Shown in pieces: positions 29,751 to 38,247 of a DNA stretch of 64,000 nt. The DNA is taken from IMG/VR virus record IMGVR_UViG_3300045988_104412, one strand, 5' to 3'. The translations under genes and the position numbers were made by a program. The notes under the pieces are model-generated. The model saw nothing but the letters and a program-made list of their open reading frames with translations. It was not told the DNA's origin and ran no database searches. The stretch comes from a virus. Position 1 is the first letter of the stretch. Each line of letters opens with the position of its first letter.

Positions 29751-30242
29751 ATGCGGACTACCAATAAATGTAGAGAATTGTTCCTTGACGGCATCACTGA
29801 TGTGATGTTTTACCCAAAGGACTCTTGCGTTTTCCCCATACCATTCAGCATGGCGCAAGTTTTATATATTAACGATTGCAAATTGCCCGACGAGCCCACC
29901 TTGCGACTGGCTACGAGTGGCGAGGACTTCGTTGTTGTTGAGAATCTCAGCGTAAAGGTGACGTTTCCCAAGCAGGGTAATGACACCATATACACCTATG
30001 ATATTAGTACAAATGTGGTAGATGGAGGCGAAAATGTGCGTGAAGCTTACCGAAGTATGCGCGGAAAAGACTATTATGTTGTATTGCGAAAGGAAGATGG
30101 CTCACTGCAGTTGTGCTACTCTTTGCCTCACACCTTTGGTATGGGTGGCACTCTGACCAACAGCCAGACGGAGTTGGCACGAACCTTCACCGCCACTACG
30201 CAAGCCCTTTCGGAGCCAATACCTATCACACTTCGAGAATAA
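29751..30242 (+). CDS. hypothetical protein
   Basis: 163-aa ORF followed by a terminator. Confidence 0.5.
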   Translation: MRTTNKCRELFLDGITDVMFYPKDSCVFPIPFSMAQVLYINDCKLPDEPTLRLATSGEDFVVVENLSVKVTFPKQGNDTIYTYDISTNVVDGGENVREAYRSMRGKDYYVVLRKEDGSLQLCYSLPHTFGMGGTLTNSQTELARTFTATTQALSEPIPITLRE

Positions 30243-30285
30243 CAAGAGAATGGTTCATTTTTTAAACCTTATAGTATTACGTTAG

Positions 30286-30316
30286 AGCCGCTGTTCGTGA
30301 GAATGGCGGCTTTTTT
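30286..30316 (+). terminator. rho-independent terminator
   Basis: Stem AGCCGC...GCGGCT followed by a T6 run. Confidence 0.55.
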
Positions 30317-30342
30317 GTCCTTACACTAAAAACTTCGGTCTT

Positions 30343-30350
30343 TAATTTTG
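30343..30350 (+). promoter_or_regulatory. Bacteroidota-type -7 box TAATTTTG upstream of the tRNA
   Basis: Matches TAnnTTTG, 18 nt before the tRNA 5-prime end. Confidence 0.45.
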
Positions 30351-30367
30351 CATACGGATAACAACAC

Positions 30368-30441
30368 AGCGGAGTGGTAGCAGCTGGCAGCTCACTTGGC
30401 TCATAACCAAGAGGTCGATGGTTCGAGTCCATCCTCCGCAA
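30368..30441 (+). tRNA. tRNA with anticodon CAT (Met, or Ile2 if lysidine-modified)
   Basis: Acceptor GCGGAG/CTCCGC. Anticodon stem CTTGG/CCAAG with loop CTCATAA (CAT at 30402..30404). T-arm GATGG-TTCGAGT-CCATC. The D-arm is atypical and position 1:72 would be A:A. Confidence 0.75.
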
Positions 30442-30505
30442 CTTTTAACAACCAGGTAAAAAGGTTGTATTCAGGATAACACAACACAAAACACAGATTT
30501 TACTA

Positions 30506-32164
30506 ATGAAAGGCTTATTTGAAATACTTACCGAAAAGAAGTGGATGGTTAGTCCCGACTTTGTGCATGGTATTCGCAAGTCGCTTGAGCACAATCTAAA
30601 CACTCATGCGGTCTTCATCAAGCCGGAGAAGAACTGCGGATATGTCACAGCAAATGATGCCGAGGGCAAGACCTACTATCCAGAGGAATATCAGATTTCA
30701 GAGGATGGTAAGCAGGTGAGAGGCAACTGGTGTCTGGACCTTCCTGCTGATGACGAGTATGCGCAGACGTTTCCTTTCGTTTCGGTTCTTACTGTTGACG
30801 GCCCTATCACTCGCAACGGCGGCTATTGTTCGTATGGTTCTATAGACCATCGCGACATGATGATGCGAGCAGCCGATCATCCTCTTTGTCGCGGTCACGT
30901 TTTCATCATCAACACTCCTGGCGGTTCTGCTTGGGCAAAGAACGATTATGCTCTTGCCATAGACTATGCCCACTCAAAGGGTCAGAAAGTTATAGCCTTG
31001 GTTGATGGTCTTTGCGCTTCGGCTGGAATGTACCTCGCTTCGCTTTGCGACGAGCGCTATTACATGAACCCGAAAGACCAGATTGGTTGTATCGGTGTAA
31101 TGGCAGCGTTCTATACTTTGCCGGATGGCGCAAAAGCCAAGTATAGCGATGAGACCTATCACGAAATCTACGATCCTAAGTCATTTGACAAGAACAAGGC
31201 TTACCGCGACATCGCTAATAAGGATGATGACAAGGAACTTATCAAGGAACTTGCCGATCTTGGCGTTGAGTTCCGTGCCGATGTTAAGAAGGCTTGCCCT
31301 AATGCTACCGACGAGAACCTGCATGGTAAGGTGTTCAATGCCGAGGACGTGAAGGGCATTTTGATGGATGGTCAGTCATCATTTATGGGAGTGGTGCAAC
31401 ACGCCTTTGAGCTTTATGATGGCAGAGCTGAACTTATCAATCGTGAGCAGACGATTGAGCCACAAGATGAGCCGGAGAATGAGCCAGAATCAGAGAAGCC
31501 GGAGGAAGCAACCAACACAAACACAAATATAAATATGGAGAATTACCCATTGATTTGTTCTGCTTGCGGATTGCAGGCTGGCGAGATAGCCGTTACGGAA
31601 GAGGGCGCGTACATGAACGCCTCGCTTCTTGACTCTCTCGAAGCCCACATGAAGGAAGCTGAGCAGAAGGTGACTGACGCAGAGCAGAAAGTCACTACAG
31701 CGGAGAACGCTCTCGCGGAATTGCAGGGCAAGTTCGATGAACTCTCCGCCCAGGTAAACGCAGCCAACGAAGCAAAGGCAGTCGCGGAGAACGCACTTGT
31801 CCAGGCTAAGGAGGCTCACAGTAAAGAACTAAACGACCTTAACGCGCAGCACACTGAAGCCATTGCCAAGAAGGACGACGAGTTGAAAGCTCTCACCGAG
31901 GCAAAGGAGAAGGCCGAAATCGAATTTCAGGGCGCTAAGGACGCACTCGCCACAGCCGAGCAGACCATTGCTGACAAGCAGGCTCAGCTTGCTGCCCTCA
32001 CCAATGAGGCCGGCGAAGAGATGAACAGCGGCGAGGCTCCTGAGAACAATGGCGAGGGAGTAAAGGTCAAATCCTTGCGTACCTTTGATGGTAGCAAGTA
32101 CAAGACCAACGTTGAGCGAAAGGCTGCTTTCCAGCGCTTCCTGCATGGCGAGGAAGAGAAGTAA
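30506..32164 (+). CDS. prohead protease (S49 / SppA-ClpP-like) fused to a coiled-coil scaffold-like C-terminal half
   Basis: IINTPGGSAW and VDGLCASAGMYLAS (Ser nucleophile context). The C-terminal 200 aa are Ala/Glu/Lys-rich coiled coil. Lies directly upstream of the capsid gene. Confidence 0.75.
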   Translation: MKGLFEILTEKKWMVSPDFVHGIRKSLEHNLNTHAVFIKPEKNCGYVTANDAEGKTYYPEEYQISEDGKQVRGNWCLDLPADDEYAQTFPFVSVLTVDGPITRNGGYCSYGSIDHRDMMMRAADHPLCRGHVFIINTPGGSAWAKNDYALAIDYAHSKGQKVIALVDGLCASAGMYLASLCDERYYMNPKDQIGCIGVMAAFYTLPDGAKAKYSDETYHEIYDPKSFDKNKAYRDIANKDDDKELIKELADLGVEFRADVKKACPNATDENLHGKVFNAEDVKGILMDGQSSFMGVVQHAFELYDGRAELINREQTIEPQDEPENEPESEKPEEATNTNTNINMENYPLICSACGLQAGEIAVTEEGAYMNASLLDSLEAHMKEAEQKVTDAEQKVTTAENALAELQGKFDELSAQVNAANEAKAVAENALVQAKEAHSKELNDLNAQHTEAIAKKDDELKALTEAKEKAEIEFQGAKDALATAEQTIADKQAQLAALTNEAGEEMNSGEAPENNGEGVKVKSLRTFDGSKYKTNVERKAAFQRFLHGEEEK

Positions 32165-32223
32165 AAACTCTCAACCAACACAAACAACAAAAACATTAAC
32201 AAAGACACAAAAACACAACAATT

Positions 32224-33516
32224 ATGGCAAATTTACCTAAAGATTTTATCGGCCTTGACGCGCTTCAGCACGTAGCCGAGGAGGTTTCTAAGGAAATTGT
32301 AATGGGTCCGGGTTATTCGGATGCAGAAGAGATGGACCGCCTTGGTATTGACATTGTCACTGGTGTTCAGTTCAAGCGCACTTTCCACTTGTTCATTCGC
32401 AAGGGTGGCACCACACGTCGTAAGGACGTTCACCGCGAGATTAACAGCGAGGCTGGTTTCTTGAAAGAGCGCACCCTTGTTGCCAAGCTCTCTTGGGATA
32501 AGTTTCCTGGCAACATCGACGACTTCTGTGAGACAGTATTCGGAACAGACGCTCAGGGTCAGTTCCCTCTCTCCTCGCAGGCAGTAGAGGCAATCCTAAA
32601 GGACTACGCCGACAACCTCGCAGCTAACCTTTGGTTTGGCGACATTTCGCTCGACAATGGCGACGACAGTGTTCCTGCCCATGATCAGGCAATGGCGCTC
32701 TACGACGGTTTCCACACCTGCATCAAGCACGACATCGAGGATGGCCTTATTTCAGAGGCTAACGGCAACCTCGTTCCTTGTGAGGCTATCTCCGCTCCAG
32801 CTAACAACGACGACTCTTCGCCTTACGACAACTTCTTGGCTTGGCACATGAAGTGGGATGAGCGTCTGCGCAAGGTTCCTACACGTGTCTACATGAACGA
32901 GACCACAGCTATGAACATCGCTGCCGGTTATGCCAATAAGTTCCACGGCAACTTCCGGGTAGACTACAATCAGGGCGACAACTTCAAGTTGCCTGGACTC
33001 TCAAAGGTTACTATCTGTCCTATCTCTGGCTTCGGCGAGGGCGACCGTATGTACGCTACCATCGACAAGAACTTTGTTTATGGCGTTGACACCTTGAGTA
33101 ACCAGCAGTATGTAAGTGTTCGCCTCGGTTCTGACCGAGACCACAGAGACCTGTCTTTCCAGATTCAGAGTATTCAGGGTTGCGGTACGAGATCTTTCTT
33201 GCGTAGCGCTCTATGCGTCAGCGACGGTTCGCTCGTTGCTCCTGAGTATGTAGCAGGCGACTACGACAACACTAAGCTCGTTGTCACACTCGCAGGCACC
33301 GACGGCCAGAAGCCAGACGGCACTGTTAAGGTGAACGGTTCTGCTTACACCAAGCCTCTCGACACCACACCTAACCAGATTCTCACTCTTGAGGCAACCG
33401 ACGGCACCAACTATAAGTTTGATAGCTGGAGCAACGGCAAGAAGGACAAGAAAATCCAGCTCACTGCCACTGGCATGAACATGGGCTTGACAGCCTTCTT
33501 CAAGAAAGGCAGCTAA
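32224..33516 (+). CDS. major capsid protein with a C-terminal Listeria-Bacteroides-repeat-like (Ig-like) domain
   Basis: 430-aa ORF right after the protease/scaffold gene, with a CA-rich leader. The C-terminal segment LTLEATDGTNYKFDSWSNG...LTAFF resembles the GY.F.GW repeat domain. Confidence 0.55.
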   Translation: MANLPKDFIGLDALQHVAEEVSKEIVMGPGYSDAEEMDRLGIDIVTGVQFKRTFHLFIRKGGTTRRKDVHREINSEAGFLKERTLVAKLSWDKFPGNIDDFCETVFGTDAQGQFPLSSQAVEAILKDYADNLAANLWFGDISLDNGDDSVPAHDQAMALYDGFHTCIKHDIEDGLISEANGNLVPCEAISAPANNDDSSPYDNFLAWHMKWDERLRKVPTRVYMNETTAMNIAAGYANKFHGNFRVDYNQGDNFKLPGLSKVTICPISGFGEGDRMYATIDKNFVYGVDTLSNQQYVSVRLGSDRDHRDLSFQIQSIQGCGTRSFLRSALCVSDGSLVAPEYVAGDYDNTKLVVTLAGTDGQKPDGTVKVNGSAYTKPLDTTPNQILTLEATDGTNYKFDSWSNGKKDKKIQLTATGMNMGLTAFFKKGS

Positions 33517-33643
33517 CTTCACGAGGCGGTTTTCTAATGTCTCTATAAATCCCGGCGGCGGTCGCTTGACCTGACGGAATATAGCGTACCGTCGCCATTC
33601 TTTTTGAAAACACAACACAACAACACAAAAACTTATAAGAATA

Positions 33644-34206
33644 TGGCAGTACAAGCAACATGTCCTGAACTCAAGGACATCCTCGCAGCTAATGAATGCT
33701 TGGAGAACTTTGGCGGTCTTGGTATCAATGTCTATGCTTTCAACAAGGCCGACCTTAAGGCTCCGTTGAAGGCAGAAAAGAACATCTACCCTGCCCTGAC
33801 CTCTGAATCGTTCAACACAGGCAAGGGTCTCTACAAATTCGAGTGCAAGGAAAGTAGTCAGGGACACACTTTCGAGAGCCTTGGCCGCAGAAAAGGTTTC
33901 AAGCAGCAGCTCGACTACGTGCTTGAGAGCGTAGACGCAGAATCGGCAGTAGTAGCTCGCGCCATGAACAACCTCGACCTTGGTTACATCATTCAGGATG
34001 GCGCGAAGAGCATCATCGTGTACGACTCTCAGCACAAGTTTGAGTATGCTTCGGGTGGCATTAAGGGTGACACGGGCAAGAAGCCCGACGACGACCGTCA
34101 GGTGGAACTGAGCGGAACCCTGCAGCCCACAATGTACGGACGCTACGAGATTACAGAGCCTGAGACCGGCGGCTGGGACTCGCTTCTTGCGTCAAAAAAC
34201 GCGTAA
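33644..34206 (+). CDS. hypothetical virion-module protein
   Basis: ATG 33644 follows a CA-rich leader. 187 aa, followed by a terminator. Confidence 0.5.
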
Positions 34207-34366
34207 GCGATATTGAAACTCAGAGCGAAAGCAATATCGCTACACAGGCTCTTGATGACGCCGATTCTTCTTTCTTCAGCGTAAACGATGGAGAAGATGA
34301 AACTTCGGCAAATAAGAGTAAGAAGTAATCGCTCATACAAGATATACTACTCTTGTCATACGATAA

Positions 34367-34412
34367 TCTCCGTATCAATCCTTTATATAAAAGGAAAGAT
34401 ACGGGGATTTTT
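34367..34412 (+). terminator. rho-independent terminator closing the capsid operon
   Basis: 9-bp stem CTCCGTATC / GATACGGGG (one G:U pair) followed by a T6 run. Confidence 0.5.
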
Positions 34413-34498
34413 TATTCTATAAACATTAGTGTTCTTATGTGTTTATCTTATAATTAGTGTTTTTAATACCAAACTGAAACAAATAGAACAAATATGCT

Positions 34499-34506
34499 TA
34501 AATTTG
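34499..34506 (+). promoter_or_regulatory. Bacteroidota-type -7 box TAAATTTG upstream of the LysR gene
   Basis: Matches TAnnTTTG, about 65 nt upstream of ATG 34572. Confidence 0.45.
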
Positions 34507-34571
34507 CAATTAGAAACTCTTTTTTTGTTTGCATTGTTACAAACATCGAATAACTAAAAATTATAGGATTT

Positions 34572-35501
34572 ATGGAACTAAGACATTTACGTTCATTTGT
34601 ATTCGTTGCCGAAACGAAGTCGTTTAGCACGGCTGCAACACGCTGCTGTGTAACCCAGTCGGCGGTAAGTCAGCATATACGTGCCCTGGAGGACGAATTA
34701 GGTTGCAAGCTGCTTATTCGAACCTCTCACGATATTATGCTCACGGAAAGCGGGACGACGCTATTGCCTCGCGCCAAAGAAATATTGAAGCAGACCGAGG
34801 ACTGTAAAGAACAAATCAACGCCCTCAACAACTGTATGACGGGCGAATTGCGTATCGGTGTTGGCTCGTTTATCGCGCCGTATATCCGTATGGCGGCTTT
34901 GATTTTCATGGATCGATACCCTAATGTGCGCATCAACGCCGACTTTACCAAAGCGCACCTTCTCAACCAATCGTTAAGGGCACACATGTTAGACCTTGCA
35001 TTCACTATGAATATGGCTTATAGTCACGAAGGGATAGAGTCGAGACCTTGTATACCCTTCAACGTCTACGCCATCATGCGTGACACCCATCCACTTGCCG
35101 CTCTCCCGAAAGTTTCGTACGAAGACCTTAAGAAGCATCCCATCATCATGCCCGACGTTGGCGAGCGTGTATTTGAAACCTGCCAGCAGTACATTCAGCG
35201 CGATTTGCATAAGCTCAATATCAAATGTATTATCAGTGATCCCGACGAAGCTCTTGCCTCGGTTGAAGAGACCAAATACGTGACATTTATGCCCAAACTC
35301 TACTTGCGCAACCACCCCACCCTTGTAGCACGCCCCATTGTTGGACTTGAGCAGCAGTTGATGAGCAACGCGCATTGGATGCAAGATGTGCCCAAGAAGC
35401 GAGCCGCCCAACTCTTTCTGGATATAATCAGAGATGAAGTTGTGCCATATATTGCTGTAGCGGAAGATTCGCGAGGGCAGTTCGTACCTCCACCTCGATA
35501 A
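34572..35501 (+). CDS. LysR-family transcriptional regulator
   Basis: N-terminal wHTH MELRHLRSFVFVAETKSFSTAA...TQSAVSQHIRALEDELGCKLL, followed by a substrate-binding-domain-length C-terminus (309 aa). Confidence 0.85.
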   Translation: MELRHLRSFVFVAETKSFSTAATRCCVTQSAVSQHIRALEDELGCKLLIRTSHDIMLTESGTTLLPRAKEILKQTEDCKEQINALNNCMTGELRIGVGSFIAPYIRMAALIFMDRYPNVRINADFTKAHLLNQSLRAHMLDLAFTMNMAYSHEGIESRPCIPFNVYAIMRDTHPLAALPKVSYEDLKKHPIIMPDVGERVFETCQQYIQRDLHKLNIKCIISDPDEALASVEETKYVTFMPKLYLRNHPTLVARPIVGLEQQLMSNAHWMQDVPKKRAAQLFLDIIRDEVVPYIAVAEDSRGQFVPPPR

Positions 35502-35528
35502 ACATTAGAATCTCTTATAAAAAGCTAA

Positions 35529-35557
35529 GCCTCACGTTAGCAGCGTGGGGCTTTTTT
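35529..35557 (+). terminator. rho-independent terminator after the LysR gene
   Basis: Stem GCCTCACG-ttagcag-CGTGGGGC followed by a T6 run. Confidence 0.7.
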
Positions 35558-35640
35558 ATGCTGTCATTAGCCGAAATTATACCTTATTTCACAGCAAAAA
35601 CACTTAATGAGAAACACTTCACGTTCTCTACTTTCTACCC

Positions 35641-35648
35641 TACCTTTG
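35641..35648 (+). promoter_or_regulatory. Bacteroidota-type -7 box TACCTTTG
   Basis: Matches TAnnTTTG, 15 nt upstream of ATG 35663. Confidence 0.4.
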
Positions 35649-35662
35649 CATCAAGTTCAATA

Positions 35663-36208
35663 ATGAACGAAACAACCAAAACACAAAACACTATGCAGAT
35701 TAAAACTAATGACGGCAACTATGATGTTGCCAGCAAGGGACTTGGCAACACAGCCCTGGGTCTCGGCATCGCAGGCTTGGCAACGAGTCTGCTGGGAGGC
35801 AGCGCCTCGCTTTTGGGCATCGGAAGAAACAACGGTATGACCGCCAACCCTGCCGACCCCGACGCACGTTTCGTAACCAAGAGTGAGACTAACCTTATTC
35901 AGGAGAACAGCACTCTGAAGACCGAACTCGCCATTCAGAAGAGTGAAAACTACACCGACAAGAAACTTGTGGAAGTGACACAGTATCTCGACACGAAGCT
36001 GCGCCGCGTGGAAGACAAGGTAGACGCAAACAAGGATGCACAGCAGGCTGTCAACGCACAGCAGATGGCATACAATGCGGCAGCCAACGCCAGCATCGAC
36101 GTGCTCAAGTCGCAGGTAGCATCTTTGTCGAGTGTAACCAAACTGTTCATTCCTTCTTCGAACGTATGCCAGACCGGCTGCGGTTGCGGTTGCGGATGCA
36201 ATCAGTAA
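35663..36208 (+). CDS. membrane-anchored coiled-coil protein with C-terminal C-x3-(CG)4 tail
   Basis: Gly/Ala/Leu-rich TM segment LGNTALGLGIAGLATSLLGG, a long helical region, and the ending CQTGCGCGCGCNQ. Confidence 0.5.
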   Translation: MNETTKTQNTMQIKTNDGNYDVASKGLGNTALGLGIAGLATSLLGGSASLLGIGRNNGMTANPADPDARFVTKSETNLIQENSTLKTELAIQKSENYTDKKLVEVTQYLDTKLRRVEDKVDANKDAQQAVNAQQMAYNAAANASIDVLKSQVASLSSVTKLFIPSSNVCQTGCGCGCGCNQ

Positions 36209-36238
36209 GTGAATGAGGTAATCCAGTTAAATATAAAT

Positions 36239-36661
36239 ATGGAATACAAGAACTCACAAATCTTGGCGGCGGTTGTGTCCGAGTGGGCACGCCCCGCCAT
36301 TTCGCAGATTGCTGCGGGCAACCTTATGCGCCTGCCTATGCTTCAGTCGTTACAAGCCACCATTGGCTCGTTAGGCATCGTCAGCGGCAACTATGCCCTA
36401 CAGAAAGACATCGAACCGCTCATTCTGCCCATCGTCAACTCGCTCATCACTCCGATGCTTGCCCGATATTTCGGTCAGATACCCGAAGAGAGCATACCGC
36501 AGATGGCGCATGATATTGTGGAGAAGATGCGCGACAACGGGTCGATGTCGGTGCTCGAAGGCATGGTGACGTTTGAGGAAGAAGACCTTGCGGAACTTGC
36601 CGACCTTCTCGACAAGAACCTTCCCGTAGGGCAGACACAAGACTATCAGGTGAAACATTAA
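36239..36661 (+). CDS. hypothetical protein
   Basis: ATG 36239 is in frame with the listed GTG 36209; 140 aa. Confidence 0.45.
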   Translation: MEYKNSQILAAVVSEWARPAISQIAAGNLMRLPMLQSLQATIGSLGIVSGNYALQKDIEPLILPIVNSLITPMLARYFGQIPEESIPQMAHDIVEKMRDNGSMSVLEGMVTFEEEDLAELADLLDKNLPVGQTQDYQVKH

Positions 36662-36721
36662 ACAGAGTAACAAACCCAGCGGCGGCAAGCATCGTCGCTA
36701 TAATAAAACAGAAAAAAGATT

Positions 36722-37150
36722 ATGAACAAACGTACTATTCCGGCTATAATCGTAGCCACTCTTGCGGCAGGTGCTACCGCCGCCGCACCTTATTATGATG
36801 TCAATATCACACAGCAGCTCTGCACGCCGGCTTGCGTAGACGAGACACCCGTGTTCGCTCCGAAGTTCTCCGTCAAGAGCATTGCCAACGTAGGCACATC
36901 GCAGTATATCATCGTCATTCACGTCGAAGGTGTAATAAGCTACATCCCTTGCAACTGCGGCTCGTGCTGCACACGCTCACAAGTGGTGTCGCAAGACTTC
37001 ACCATCCCCGTGTTCAGCGCTACCGCCATCAACTCAGCAAACATAGCAGTTGGAACCGTACAGAACGGCATCGCACGCGTTTCGTGCTGTAGTTGCTCCA
37101 AGACCTTCGTCTCCGACTGCCCCGTAACACTTACCCTTGCAACAACATAA
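36722..37150 (+). CDS. secreted Cys-rich protein
   Basis: Signal-peptide-like N-terminus MNKRTIPAIIVATLAAGATAAAP. Cys clusters CNCGSCC and SCCSCS. Confidence 0.5.
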   Translation: MNKRTIPAIIVATLAAGATAAAPYYDVNITQQLCTPACVDETPVFAPKFSVKSIANVGTSQYIIVIHVEGVISYIPCNCGSCCTRSQVVSQDFTIPVFSATAINSANIAVGTVQNGIARVSCCSCSKTFVSDCPVTLTLATT

Positions 37151-37154
37151 AACC

Positions 37155-37454
37155 ATGATAGTTCTGATAGCTATAGCCACTATGATAGCCGCCACGCTTG
37201 CCCAGCATCTCGGACTTGCCGAAGCCATGGCCCGTGTTGTAGACAAGGTCGCATCGTGTCCTCAGTGTTTCACTTTCTGGACTACAATGACGACATTGCT
37301 CTACCTCGGCTATGATGTCTATGTATCTGCTTTGGCGGCTATTGTAGCGGCATATCTGTCGAACTGGTTCGTATTGCTGTTGCTCATCGTTCAACGAAAA
37401 TTTACGCAGCTGTATGAAAAAGAAAGACACACCACCGACCGCCTCGACTACTGA
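37155..37454 (+). CDS. small integral membrane protein (about 3 TM segments)
   Basis: MIVLIAIATMIAATLA..., FWTTMTTLLYLGY... and AAYLSNWFVLLLLIV hydrophobic segments. Confidence 0.5.
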   Translation: MIVLIAIATMIAATLAQHLGLAEAMARVVDKVASCPQCFTFWTTMTTLLYLGYDVYVSALAAIVAAYLSNWFVLLLLIVQRKFTQLYEKERHTTDRLDY

Positions 37455-37586
37455 GGCAAAGGTTGAAACCAAGCCCGAAGTGAAGACATTCTTCCCTATA
37501 TTGCACGTTTCTGTGCAAAAACAGCTACTTGTCCCACATTTTCGTGGCATTTGTCCCACATGTTAAACTTTAAAAACTCAAACAAC

Positions 37587-38090
37587 ATGAATTACAAACA
37601 AATGATTGAACAGGCTCGTGCCAATGGCATGGCTACCGAGAAGAAGATGTGGGCAGCTGTAGAAACTCTTTCCACCGACCTTCTTGCGCTTGAGCAGACC
37701 AATCCTAAGCTCTACTGGCACATATTGCGTCGTCAGCACGCTGTGCTCTACGGACGCCACTACTCAGAGAAAATGGCAAACCACGACGTGAATGCTCTCG
37801 TCTATAGCGGCATGTACGACGAAGAAGGTACGCCCACCGACGGAGGCGCACATTGGACTCGCATCAAGGTAGACGAGCTGACCAAAGGCATGAAGTTTCA
37901 TGCAAACGTCAACGCGTGGGACAAATACGTAGCCTTCAACTCCATGTACGCCGACCTTTGCTCTTGTATGGGCGAAGAGGATATAATCAAGGCCGCCTAC
38001 GCCTTCTACTTCTGTGATGACGACTGGCAACCCTGCGAAGACGACTGTACGAAGATATGGGACTACAACGCCTTGCACGCTACCTTGTAA
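37587..38090 (+). CDS. hypothetical protein
   Basis: ATG 37587 follows an A-rich leader, in frame with the listed 37551 start. Confidence 0.5.
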   Translation: MNYKQMIEQARANGMATEKKMWAAVETLSTDLLALEQTNPKLYWHILRRQHAVLYGRHYSEKMANHDVNALVYSGMYDEEGTPTDGGAHWTRIKVDELTKGMKFHANVNAWDKYVAFNSMYADLCSCMGEEDIIKAAYAFYFCDDDWQPCEDDCTKIWDYNALHATL

Positions 38091-38118
38091 GATTTGATAT
38101 TTACATTTGTTTTACCTC

Positions 38119-38160
38119 AAGCCACTTTGCACCGATCGGAGGTTCTGCAGAGTGGCTTTT
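38119..38160 (+). terminator. rho-independent terminator
   Basis: 12-bp imperfect stem AAGCCACTTTGC / GCAGAGTGGCTT followed by TTTT. Confidence 0.5.
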
Positions 38161-38208
38161 CCGTATTGCCCGTCCTCGCAATGTCCGTATCACGAAAATA
38201 ACTTTCTC

Positions 38209-38216
38209 TATCTTTG
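38209..38216 (+). promoter_or_regulatory. Bacteroidota-type -7 box TATCTTTG
   Basis: Matches TAnnTTTG, 32 nt upstream of ATG 38248. Confidence 0.4.
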
Positions 38217-38247
38217 CTCATGGAAAGTTTAATAAAATCATAGTTTT

